Shown one piece after another: positions 27,025 through 36,033 of a stretch of DNA of 52,833 nucleotides. The translations under genes were made by a program, and so were the position numbers. Every line of letters begins with the position of its first letter. Within the stretch, counting starts at the first letter, position 1. Below the pieces are notes generated by a model that was not told where the DNA came from, searched no databases, and saw only the letters and a list, made by a program, of their open reading frames with translations. The DNA comes from an uncultured Verrucomicrobiae bacterium (lineage in GTDB: Bacteria > Verrucomicrobiota > Verrucomicrobiia > Limisphaerales > JAFGQR01), in assembly GCA_963788655.1 (NCBI GenBank), contig CAWBHS010000025.1:1-52833 (forward strand), read 5' to 3'.

Positions 27025-29151
27025 TCATTCGCCCGCGGGCCCCCGAGTCCGATGGTTGCCGGCCGCCAAGGTTTCGAGGCGATCGAGAAAGCTGCCCATG
27101 CGCGGCCGGGAATTGTATCGAAACAGCGTTTCCACCAGGCGCCGATGGACGCGGCCCCGTTGCGCCGCATACTGCACAGCCAGCCAACGGTAGTAAGTCT
27201 CCATGCTCTTCATGTTTTGCCGGAAAACGATGCGCACGAGTTCGTCGATCAGCCCGTCGGCACGTTCGTCAAAGAGCCGGCTCAAATCCGGGGCGGGCCC
27301 GCCCAGCACGGGCCGGTAGCGCTGAACAAAGACGTAAGCTCCGGGCAGCGAGCGCAGAAATCGGAACCGCGCCACATCTTCGGCCAGGCTGGTGTTGAAG
27401 CCGTACATGCAGACAAATTCCACATTGTCGCGGGCCGTGGTCTGGAGCAGCCGGTAGTGTTCGCGCATCCGCTCCAGCCCCCGGGCATCGTTCAAACTGA
27501 AATGGTAGGCGGGCCGGGTGCAGCCGACATTCGAGCAGCGGATGTGACGCAACAGCTCGGCCGCTTCCAGGGTGAGGCGGCGCAGGTCGAGGGTCTGGTT
27601 GAAGTTCACCGCCAAGTGACGCCGGGCCATTTCCTCCAGGAACCCCAGCGCCGCCGGATGAGCCAACAGATTATCGTCTAGCAGAATCAACTTGCGGCGG
27701 CCCTGCAGGAGGGTGTCCAGGTCGCTTACTTGACGCGGAGGGCCTTCCTTGACCGGCACCACGCAGAACGGGCAGCGTTGCGGACAGCCGCGCGTCAGAA
27801 AACCCAGGGCGCGATCGTCCAATTCCGGGTAGAGTGAGTAATCTGGAGCCAGATTTTCGATGGCCGACGGGAGGCGCAATTGCAGATCCACGCCCGATCC
27901 GCCGGTTTGCAGGTTATTGCCGAAAGTCCTCTCCAGAACTTCCAACCGTTTGCGTGACGTTGGCCCGGTGAACACGCAACTGGACTGCACCTCGTCACAG
28001 CGAGGCAGGGATCGGACGCCCCGGGCGAGCACGACGCGGCGGCCTCGCTCCTTCCAGTGGCGGCTGAGTTTCATCAAGGCCAGGTTGGGCAAGGTGCCGT
28101 CCACGTCCACCAGCAGGATCGTCCCTCGCCGCAGGCGTCGCGACGGAGCCGGGTCCCGGCGCGCCACCCGATCCGGAAGGTCGAGCCCTTGTCGGCGCAA
28201 GGAGACGGGGAAGCGCCGGCGCGCCGATGGAGACAACCCGACCATGAACTGGAGCTGCGGAAACCGTCTGGCCAGCAACTTGAAAAAGGAGCCCAGTCGG
28301 CGAAGGCTGCACCAGCGTTCGGGCCGGTCCAGGAGCACAATGCCCGGTTGCGCGAACGGATCGGCGACGTCCAGGCATGCCGAGGCATCAAACACGTGTC
28401 GGGCAATGTCCAGGTACACCGTCAGCGCGGCACGGTCCGCGGGGCGGATCTGCTGCCAGCGGGCCTCGAATTCAGCGTGCTTGCCGAGGCAGGCCTCGAG
28501 GTCAACGTCCATCCAGACGCGCAGGTCCGCACTTAAGCGAACCAGGAGCGCCCGCGCGCGCCCCGCCCGGTACTTGCTCTTGTGATGCAAGCGGCGCAGG
28601 AACGCTGCTGGGTCCGTCAACCGCGCCTCGCCCTGGAAAAGTCCGGCGCAACGCCGGAGCCGTTGATCGGGCAGAATATCAAAACAGTCGGTGCCGGCAT
28701 GCGCTCCAATCCTCCGTCCATAGCCGAGGACGAGGCGGCCGAAATTCGATTGGCCCGACTCCGGACGACCGACCTGCGCAAGCGGATTGTGGTGGCGCAT
28801 CGCGGACTTGGCCAGAGGATGGAATTCGCCGGTCGCCTCCACCGCCCAGCCCAAATGCCGACGAATCGGACTGGCCGCGCCGCGTTCCCGGGGTGCATGG
28901 CGGATCTGCACAACCTCCAGATGCGCGGGGCCACCCGCACGCTTGGGCAGTCGCGGCAAAGATCGCCGATCCAACAGGCGCACCTGCCGCTGACCCAGGC
29001 TCGTCAGCGCCAGGGCGCAGAGAAGCAACGCTGACCCAGGATCGGAAGAGAGCAGGGTCCAACTCCGAAGACGGTCTGGCCCCATTGTGAAATCGAGTTC
29101 CCGATCGCCCACGCCGCGGAGATTGCTCACCAGCAACCGTTCAATGTGCAT
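27025..29151 (-). CDS. Fusion of degenerate ABC/SMC-type ATPase domain and radical SAM domain
   Basis: N-half: MHIERLLVSNLRG, LVLGYG, GIVLLDRPE, FPQLQFMV. C-half: LVDVDGTLPNLALMKLS, PDYSLYP, TRGCPQRCPFC (CxxxCxxC), LLDDNLL. Confidence 0.8.
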   Translation of the reverse strand: MHIERLLVSNLRGVGDRELDFTMGPDRLRSWTLLSSDPGSALLLCALALTSLGQRQVRLLDRRSLPRLPKRAGGPAHLEVVQIRHAPRERGAASPIRRHLGWAVEATGEFHPLAKSAMRHHNPLAQVGRPESGQSNFGRLVLGYGRRIGAHAGTDCFDILPDQRLRRCAGLFQGEARLTDPAAFLRRLHHKSKYRAGRARALLVRLSADLRVWMDVDLEACLGKHAEFEARWQQIRPADRAALTVYLDIARHVFDASACLDVADPFAQPGIVLLDRPERWCSLRRLGSFFKLLARRFPQLQFMVGLSPSARRRFPVSLRRQGLDLPDRVARRDPAPSRRLRRGTILLVDVDGTLPNLALMKLSRHWKERGRRVVLARGVRSLPRCDEVQSSCVFTGPTSRKRLEVLERTFGNNLQTGGSGVDLQLRLPSAIENLAPDYSLYPELDDRALGFLTRGCPQRCPFCVVPVKEGPPRQVSDLDTLLQGRRKLILLDDNLLAHPAALGFLEEMARRHLAVNFNQTLDLRRLTLEAAELLRHIRCSNVGCTRPAYHFSLNDARGLERMREHYRLLQTTARDNVEFVCMYGFNTSLAEDVARFRFLRSLPGAYVFVQRYRPVLGGPAPDLSRLFDERADGLIDELVRIVFRQNMKSMETYYRWLAVQYAAQRGRVHRRLVETLFRYNSRPRMGSFLDRLETLAAGNHRTRGPAGE

Positions 29152-29300
29152 GCCGATAATTTGTAGTGGACCCGCTGTTAGTAAATGAAAATCCAATCTT
29201 GTAGGTGCCCGGTTGGCCACCACGAAAGACGAGGCCACAACGCGGCGGAATATCGGGGTGCTGCGGCACAGACCGATGACGCGGTGTTCCCAACAAAGCG

Positions 29301-29561
29301 CTACCGATCCACCAGGGGGAAATCCCGCCTCGCGCCTTTCTTACCTTTGGGTTGGGGGAAAGAATTCGCACGGTGGCGTTGGGAATAGTGGCGCATCCAT
29401 TCGAGGTAACGCCGGCGCTCTTCCAGGGATAAGTCGAGATTGACCCGGGCCAGTTCTTCGCCGAAGGCGCGCCGGTGATAGTCCCGCTCGATTTCGCGGA
29501 ACCGTTTCACTTCCTCCGCGGTCCACTTGGAGGCTCGATAGGTCAACGGCGCACGGTTCAT
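29301..29561 (-). CDS. Small basic protein, partner of nucleotidyltransferase 3
   Basis: 86 aa, starts 4 nt after the NTase stop; LSLEERRRYLEWM helix. Confidence 0.65.
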   Translation of the reverse strand: MNRAPLTYRASKWTAEEVKRFREIERDYHRRAFGEELARVNLDLSLEERRRYLEWMRHYSQRHRANSFPQPKGKKGARRDFPLVDR

Positions 29562-29565
29562 GGCT

Positions 29566-30486
29566 TCATCGCAACCAAGTGAAATATACTTCCACATTGG
29601 GCAGCCATGTCAATGCGTCCGGCGGCAAGAGACCCTGGTCCAGCAGAGCTTTCTTACTTTCCTCGATCTGCCGGCCCATTCCGAAGTCCCTCAAAGGGGT
29701 GATGGGCAAGTGAGCGGTGGCGCAGCGGACCCGGAGTTCATGATCTTCCTTCAAGGGCAACGGGGGGCCGGATCGCTCCTGGCGCACCGCGCTGACGTAA
29801 GGGCGCAAACAACGTTCCAGCAGCCCAATGCGGCGCCGATCGAGTTCCTCCCAGAGCTTACGTTCCGCGTTCAGGGCGCCGGCGATCCGGCGATCCTGTT
29901 GCAAGGCCAGTTGCAGGGCGGGACGCTGTTTGGCCACGGTCTCTGGGCAAGTGTATTGGTCGATCAGTTGCAGGAGAGTCTGCGCGTCGAAAATATGAAG
30001 CCAACCGCGATCATCCCCTGCCTCGATCATTCGGATGCCCAGGGCGGTAAGGAAACTCCAATCCTTGTCGCGGTTGGTCCGTTTCATCTCCGCGACGGTG
30101 TGCGGGCTGGCATAGAGTCCGAAAATCTCGTTCGACCACGGAGTTGACTCCCGGATCGCATGGCCGAACACGTCGAGGGTCACCGGATCGGTTTGCAGGG
30201 GCCACTCGAAGTGACTGGTCCACCCACCTCGATGCCAGCGTTCGTGCAAGGGAGGGCTGATATTGCCACGGTAACGGCATTGGAAATCAGCTATTTCAGT
30301 ATGGCCAAGCAACTCCAGCAGAGTGTCAAAGGAAGTCGGATGACAAAGCAGGTCGCAATCTTTTGTGGTTTCAGCGATTCCGTAGTGTACGCAAGCCAAG
30401 CCACTGGTAATGGCACAAACGGCCCCGTGGGAGCGGAGCTGTCGCACCAGGTTTTCGTAGAACTCCTGTTGCTCGCTATCGTTCAT
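29566..30486 (-). CDS. Pol-beta-fold nucleotidyltransferase 3 with helical C-terminal extension
   Basis: AITSGLACVHYG..TTKDCDLL, TLDVFG, MKRTNRDKDW. Confidence 0.72.
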   Translation of the reverse strand: MNDSEQQEFYENLVRQLRSHGAVCAITSGLACVHYGIAETTKDCDLLCHPTSFDTLLELLGHTEIADFQCRYRGNISPPLHERWHRGGWTSHFEWPLQTDPVTLDVFGHAIRESTPWSNEIFGLYASPHTVAEMKRTNRDKDWSFLTALGIRMIEAGDDRGWLHIFDAQTLLQLIDQYTCPETVAKQRPALQLALQQDRRIAGALNAERKLWEELDRRRIGLLERCLRPYVSAVRQERSGPPLPLKEDHELRVRCATAHLPITPLRDFGMGRQIEESKKALLDQGLLPPDALTWLPNVEVYFTWLR

Positions 30487-30756
30487 TCCTTCGGTTTCAG
30501 ACAATCTGCGCGGAAGTCTAATTCGTTTGGCGAAAAAAATCGAGTCTCGATCTTACGTTCGCCGACGGGCATGTCGAGCAATGGGTCTGGCGACACCCGG
30601 AGAAACAAAGAGGCACGGTCGCCATCGATGCAGACCTGGCCGACATGCGACGCCTGCAGGCAGCGACGCTGCAAGCGACGGCAAGCCAGTAACCCGTTGG
30701 TGGGAGAAATGATGGCTCGTCACAAATCGTCGCCTTTTAGTAGGTTCTTTCGAAAT

Positions 30757-32034
30757 ATGAAGAGAATGATTCTATTGGCAGCCGTTTCGTTATGGTCATT
30801 GACTCCTGGCGGCATCGCGGCCGAGGGAGCATCACGGCCGGCCTTTGCTGGCGCCCAGGGTTTCGGAAGCACCACTCCGGGTGGACGCGACGGGGTAATT
30901 ATTCGCGTCACCACCCTCCAGGCCACCGGCACCGGCTCGTTGGCCGAAGCGCTCGCGATCAAAGGTCCGCGCCTCATTGTTTTCGAAGTGGGTGGCGTGA
31001 TCGATCTGGCGGGAAAGCATCTGAACATCCGCGAACCCTTTCTGACCATCGCCGGGCAAACGGCTCCCGCGCCCGGGATCACGTTGATTCGCGGCGGCCT
31101 GTCGGTCAGCACCCATGATGTGGTGATCCAGCACATCGCCGTGAGAACCGGGGAAGCCGGCCGGGCCAAGAAGAGCAGTTGGGAAACTGACGCCATTAGC
31201 ACTGCCAGCGCCACGAATGTGGTGATCGATCATTGTTCCTGCACCTGGGCGACGGATGAAAACCTGTCCGCTTCCGGACCGCGTTTTGAAGGCCGATCCC
31301 TGGCGGAATGGCAACACCACACGTCGCATCACGTCACGTTTTCACACTGCATCATTGCCGAGGGCCTTTCCCATTCCACCCACAGCAAGGGGGAACATTC
31401 CAAAGGCTCGCTGATTCACGACAACGCCACCTTCATCTCCATCATTGGCAATCTCTATGCCTCGAATATGGAACGGAATCCTCTGTTCAAAGGCGGGGTG
31501 CAGGCGGTGGCGGTCAATAATTGGATTGCCAATCCGGGACGCCACGCCATGCATTACGGATTGGTGGCCCAGGAATGGGGCACCCGCCCGCATGCTCCCG
31601 GGCGACTGGCCATCGTTGGCAACGTGTTGGAACTCGGGCCGGACAGCAAACCGGGCATGCCCTTCTTCAGCATTCGCACCCAGGATCCGTTGGAATTATT
31701 CCTGGAAGACAACCAGGCGCGGACGTTGAATGGGAAAGCTGTCCCGATGGTTGCCGGAAAATTCACCCAAGCGGTCCGCCGCCCCTTGTGGCCGGAGGGC
31801 CTGGTGGCCTTGCCGTCCGCAGAAGTGAAGGCCGAAGTGGCGCGGAATGCCGGGGCGCGCCCCTGGGACCGGGATCCCATCGACCAACGGATCGTGCGCG
31901 CCGCGTTGGCAGGCGAGGGCAAGATCATCGGCAGCGAACAAGAAGTGGGCGGCTATCCCAACCGTCCCGCCACCACAGCCCCGTTTCGGGACGAAGACTG
32001 GGACTTGGACACGCTGCAGAGGAAGACAAAGTAG
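30757..32034 (+). CDS. Secreted pectate lyase (PL1-like beta-helix)
   Basis: Signal peptide, AFAGAQGFG..TPGGR, IVFEVGG, TIAGQTAPAPGI, IDHCS..W.TDE, RNP. Confidence 0.9.
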   Translation: MKRMILLAAVSLWSLTPGGIAAEGASRPAFAGAQGFGSTTPGGRDGVIIRVTTLQATGTGSLAEALAIKGPRLIVFEVGGVIDLAGKHLNIREPFLTIAGQTAPAPGITLIRGGLSVSTHDVVIQHIAVRTGEAGRAKKSSWETDAISTASATNVVIDHCSCTWATDENLSASGPRFEGRSLAEWQHHTSHHVTFSHCIIAEGLSHSTHSKGEHSKGSLIHDNATFISIIGNLYASNMERNPLFKGGVQAVAVNNWIANPGRHAMHYGLVAQEWGTRPHAPGRLAIVGNVLELGPDSKPGMPFFSIRTQDPLELFLEDNQARTLNGKAVPMVAGKFTQAVRRPLWPEGLVALPSAEVKAEVARNAGARPWDRDPIDQRIVRAALAGEGKIIGSEQEVGGYPNRPATTAPFRDEDWDLDTLQRKTK

Positions 32035-32059
32035 AAATACATACCCTTCGAATCCTAAG

Positions 32060-32193
32060 CCGTCAGGGATGACAGAACATTCTGACTCTTTCCGGCACGA
32101 TTTCTTTCGTCCCGGTCGGGAGTCCGGACGGTTTGCCTGCCGATTCCCACCGATGAATCGGTGGGCTATGTTCGGTCGTCCCTGACGGGACTG
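32060..32193. repeat. REP-like composite palindrome
   Basis: CCGTCAGGGATGAC ... CCCACCGATGAATCGGTGGG ... GTCGTCCCTGACGG. Confidence 0.7.
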
Positions 32194-32300
32194 CGGTCGA
32201 GTCGCACCGCCGCCGGAAAACTCATCCACGATTACAGCTACTACCGCCACGACGAAGGACTCGCCGAGGCCAAACGCTGGACAAGCCCACGCAAGGCGGC

Positions 32301-32447
32301 TCATGACGCCGCCGGGGCATCCGCTGGCGGGTGACCGGTGCTTGCGTCCGCGCCGGCTTTCCGCGAAGGCGTGAATGTCCTGCTCGCCGGAACGGAGAAA
32401 ATCCAGAAGGTCCACGCCCATGTATTTGCAGGTTTGGCAAATGCTCA
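32301..32447 (-). repeat. Degenerate copy of the 3' end of the nuclease-IS66 fusion gene
   Basis: SICQTCKYMGVDLLDFLRSGEQDIHAFAESRRGRKHRSP, matching about 32971-33135. Confidence 0.9.
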
Positions 32448-32508
32448 CGTCGGCGACGCGTGGACGGAATGTTTTTCGTCCCGCGCTCGACGCGCGTGAC
32501 GGGAAGAT

Positions 32509-32569
32509 GGGGACGCGCGGCAGCGCATCCCTACCGCACGTTGGTAGGGCGGCGCTGCCGCGCCGCCCA
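32509..32569. repeat. GTAG-type REP pair
   Basis: GGGACGCGCGGCAGCGCATCCCTACC ... GGTAGGGCGGCGCTGCCGCGCCGCCC. Confidence 0.75.
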
Positions 32570-32650
32570 ATCTAAACTACAGCCGCCGCGCGCCCGGCTG
32601 GCTTGAAACCGTTCGACTTCTTTTGTTTGCAGCATTCGATGTCCAATCGG

Positions 32651-32786
32651 TCACGGCTGAATGCCAGTGTCGGGGATAGCCTCCGCCGCCGTGGCATTCA
32701 GTTCGCTGGTGGGTAATCGGCGCTTGCGCCCGCGCCGGCTTTCCGCGAAGGCATGAATGTCCTTCTCGCCCGAACGCAGGAAATCC
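32651..32786 (-). repeat. Second copy of the 3' end of the nuclease-IS66 fusion gene with a different tail
   Basis: DFLRSGEKDIHAFAESRRGRKRRLPTSELNATAAEAIPDTGIQP*. Confidence 0.9.
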
Positions 32787-32792
32787 TTTTCC

Positions 32793-32942
32793 TGTAGCAG
32801 CCGACGTGAGGAGGCTCTGACTGAAAATCCAGGGCCGAATCGAAGTGAGTCTCCCGGCCTCATGTTCCAGCCAGAGCCGCCAATCCGGGCTTCAGGTTCT
32901 TCCACGGATGAAAGATGGAGCCTCCTTACGTCGGCTGCTACG
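32793..32942. repeat. GTAG-type REP pair (family A)
   Basis: GTAGCAGCCGACGTGAGGAGGCTC ... GAGCCTCCTTACGTCGGCTGCTAC. Confidence 0.85.
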
Positions 32943-32970
32943 GTCGAGGAGTCGGCCGACGCGCCGTGGC

Positions 32971-35900
32971 TCATTTCTCCGCCGCCGCATCCGCTGGCGG
33001 GGCGTTCGATTCGCAGGTGGGTGAACGGCGCTTGCGCCCGCGCCGGCTTTCCGCGAAGGCGTGAATGTCCTTCTCGCCCGAACGGAGGAAATCCAGAAAG
33101 TCCACTCCCATGTATTTGCAGGTTTGGCAGACGCTTAACAACACCAAGTAATCGCGGATGCCCTTTTCGGTCGTGACTCCCCCGATAACATGCCGAAGCT
33201 TGGCAAACGGTTTGACGGCGTGTTCAGCGTTGTTGTTGTTCCAAGGCACACCGTCGAAGCTCAGAAACGTAAACAGCTTGTCGCGGTTCTTTTCCAACCG
33301 CTCCTTGAGCTTCAGCGCTATGTTACTCTGCGGTGTCAGTTCGGAAATCTGCTGATAGAATCCATCCACAGCCGACAGATGCTTCCTCAAGAAGCGGCGT
33401 TTGAGGCCGTAACGATCAACGGATTCCACCATCGGCTTGAGCAGGACCGTAAAGGCCAATGCGAGACGCTTCAGTTCCTCATCGTAAGGGTGCTTTAACA
33501 CATCGTCATTCAGGTCTCGAATGAGATGGATCAAGCACTTCTGCTGAGGGCACTGGATTGCATCGTAGGCCGCGTAGAAATCGGACACCAAGACGCCCTT
33601 GAAGTCCTTCAGCATGGTCTGGAGCAGGTCGCCCTCCCGAGTTTCGCTGAACACATAGGCAACTTCTTCCATGTTCGCAAAAACCCAGACGAATCCATCG
33701 TTGCCGCGGAGACTGATCTTCGTTTCGTCGGCGTGCAGCAGCGAGCCGCTGCAAAGCCTCTTGACCAGGCCTTCGTATGTCCCTTGGTACATCTTCGCCG
33801 TCCATTCTTTTATACGGTGCGCCATAGCTCCCGTGGGCAAAACAAATCCGAACAGCCTCTCCAAATTATGCTCAACATGTACCTGAGGCAGCCGCAGTTC
33901 GATGTTTAAGTAAAGCGCATAGGCGATGAGATCCGAGCCAAACTTACTGCGCGTCCAAGGTCTCTCCTCGGACATAAACACTGTTCCGCAACCATGACAT
34001 TTGTAGCGGCAAAACAGGTATTGTATTATCGACCTCTTCACGCCATGTCGCATGAATTTGAGATCCAGAACTGTCTTGGCGTGGTTCGTGTGCTTAATAA
34101 AGTCCGATGAGTTACACTTCGGACATATGCAAGGTCTGGCGCATTCGACAATCTTGGTGGGAGGCAACACTCTCGTGGATTCCTTGCTTCGCTTGCCGAT
34201 ACGTTTCAAGGTCTTGCTAGACTTCACATACACCCGGTTCCGTTGGTAGTCCCAATACGCTGCATTGTTGATTGCATCCAATTCGGGGAACGCAAAGGCG
34301 TTACGCTTAAATCCGTACGGGTGCTCCCACTTCAGCTCTGTTGTGTCAACGATTCCGGCGAACACCGAGCAGCCACCTTCAGATGACACTTGATGCAACT
34401 CCGAGGTTCTGTTCGCCACCACTTCGAGTGCCCTGCAATCTTCAGCGTTGTACGTCAGAAGCCTCTGCTTCATTGATTCCGCTTTGTAGCTTGTCCAATC
34501 GTTGCGCCAAGCGATGGTTTGAATCCCCGCCGCAGTAGCGGTTGTCCAGCAAACACCAAAGATCCCGGCTATTTCCTTCAATCCATTGGAATACGCGGGA
34601 AAGTAAATCCGCGCAAAGATCACGAGCACGAGGTTCAATGCTGCCCGGATTGTTCTTGCTGCCACAGAATCTTCCGTTGGCCCTCCATATCTTTCGCCCA
34701 TTCGCTGTAGAAACACTGTCTCGTAACTCCCATAGTGAATCAGCACCGGCTTCTCGACGGTTTCGAGGATGGCCAGGAATTCCCGCCAAATCTTCCCCTC
34801 GTCCGCGACGGTGTCCGCCCACAGGCTGTGCTGGACGGCGGAGTCGCCATCGCCGATGCGCAGGCCGATGAGGTAGTAGAAATCGCGGTCGGGCAGGCCC
34901 TCGACATCCAGATAGACGGGCGTGCCTTCGATCTTCAGTTCCGGGCTGCCGACGATGTGGATCTTCTGCTCCCGAATCGCCAGCGCCTTGAGCGAGTGGT
35001 GATATTTCTCGCGTTTGTCGCGCAGCCGCTTGGGCCGGCGGCGGGGCCGGAACGTGTAGGAGAGTTGCGTGACGGTGAAGATGCCTTTGCTGCGGAGTTT
35101 CTGGCGTTCCTTCGCGCTCATGCCGGCCAGCAGGCTGAGGTCGTCCTTCTCAATCGCGATCTTGCGGCAGCGGTCCTGGAATTCACACTCGGCGCAATGC
35201 CGGTTCAGCACGAGATCGGGTGGCGCATCGTTCGAGAGCAACTCGACGATTTTCGCTATCCGCTTGCGCACTTCGCCCGCCAGAGCGGAGGTCTTCACCT
35301 TCGTCACCTTGGGTTGGAGCTGCGCTTGTGAAAGCGCGGCTGATTTCTCCTCTACTGTTAGCCCCGTCGTGTGATCATTGGATTCAGCCACGCTCTCACG
35401 AGCGCAGCTACAGTCGCCGTGAATGATCTTGCCGACGGCGATGTGGCGTCCCAGTGCTTGGGCGAGCACGAAGGCATCGAAGGCCAGCAGCAGCTTGTCA
35501 TCCTTGGTGAGCTTGTTGAAATAGCTGAAGCGGATGGGAATGAACTGCGCCGCCTTGCCCCGGCCCTCAGCGGGCACGCGCTCGACGGCGTGGAGGCTGG
35601 ATTCCATTTCGGATTGCGGATTGCAGATCGCGGATTGAGAAATCGCAGTCGCCGAGGTCTCGAGGTTCTGGTCTTCAGTTCCGCCTTCTGCCTTCTTCCT
35701 TCTTCCTTCAATTTGAGCCTCCTTATGTCGGCTGCTACGAGGCGTTTCCGGCGTTTGCGCGACGAGGTCCACCGCCAGGCGCCACTTGGCAGTCTTCAGA
35801 TGTTCCGCTGAATAATGAGCCTCGTCACCTTGGCTGCTGCGGGGCGAATGGACGGACTCGTCCGGCGGGATTTCCGCGAGCAACCACTCGGTTTGGGTGA

Positions 35901-36033
35901 CGCGGTAGGATTCGTTTTGCGACTGGACCCATTCGGCGTAGGGGTTGCCGCTGGGCGTTTCGTTGTGGGCACGGAGCCAGCCTTTGGTTGGGCATTTCAG
36001 GAATGCATCGAAGAGGAGTGAGGTAATCTTCAT
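32971..36033 (-). CDS. TM0106-family RecB/Cas4-like + RNase H-like (DEDD) exonuclease fused to IS66-type DDE transposase
   Basis: FLKCPTK...HCAECEFQDRC; YLDVEG, HYGSYE, YNAEDC; CPKC...CHGC; LHADET, LVSDFYAAY, QKCLIHLIRD, WNNNNAEHAVK. Confidence 0.85.
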   Translation of the reverse strand: MKITSLLFDAFLKCPTKGWLRAHNETPSGNPYAEWVQSQNESYRVTQTEWLLAEIPPDESVHSPRSSQGDEAHYSAEHLKTAKWRLAVDLVAQTPETPRSSRHKEAQIEGRRKKAEGGTEDQNLETSATAISQSAICNPQSEMESSLHAVERVPAEGRGKAAQFIPIRFSYFNKLTKDDKLLLAFDAFVLAQALGRHIAVGKIIHGDCSCARESVAESNDHTTGLTVEEKSAALSQAQLQPKVTKVKTSALAGEVRKRIAKIVELLSNDAPPDLVLNRHCAECEFQDRCRKIAIEKDDLSLLAGMSAKERQKLRSKGIFTVTQLSYTFRPRRRPKRLRDKREKYHHSLKALAIREQKIHIVGSPELKIEGTPVYLDVEGLPDRDFYYLIGLRIGDGDSAVQHSLWADTVADEGKIWREFLAILETVEKPVLIHYGSYETVFLQRMGERYGGPTEDSVAARTIRAALNLVLVIFARIYFPAYSNGLKEIAGIFGVCWTTATAAGIQTIAWRNDWTSYKAESMKQRLLTYNAEDCRALEVVANRTSELHQVSSEGGCSVFAGIVDTTELKWEHPYGFKRNAFAFPELDAINNAAYWDYQRNRVYVKSSKTLKRIGKRSKESTRVLPPTKIVECARPCICPKCNSSDFIKHTNHAKTVLDLKFMRHGVKRSIIQYLFCRYKCHGCGTVFMSEERPWTRSKFGSDLIAYALYLNIELRLPQVHVEHNLERLFGFVLPTGAMAHRIKEWTAKMYQGTYEGLVKRLCSGSLLHADETKISLRGNDGFVWVFANMEEVAYVFSETREGDLLQTMLKDFKGVLVSDFYAAYDAIQCPQQKCLIHLIRDLNDDVLKHPYDEELKRLALAFTVLLKPMVESVDRYGLKRRFLRKHLSAVDGFYQQISELTPQSNIALKLKERLEKNRDKLFTFLSFDGVPWNNNNAEHAVKPFAKLRHVIGGVTTEKGIRDYLVLLSVCQTCKYMGVDFLDFLRSGEKDIHAFAESRRGRKRRSPTCESNAPPADAAAEK

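Noticed and set aside
23744..30486. Classical integron
   Set aside because: No tyrosine integrase and no recognisable attC (RYYYAAC...GTTRRRY) sites between cassettes.
30160..30756. N-terminal extension of the pectate lyase
   Set aside because: Antisense to NTase 3; a clear signal peptide begins at 30757.
32301..33135. CRISPR-like array next to a Cas4-like gene
   Set aside because: Repeats are long coding-derived copies of unequal length, and the intervening DNA is REP sequence rather than spacers.
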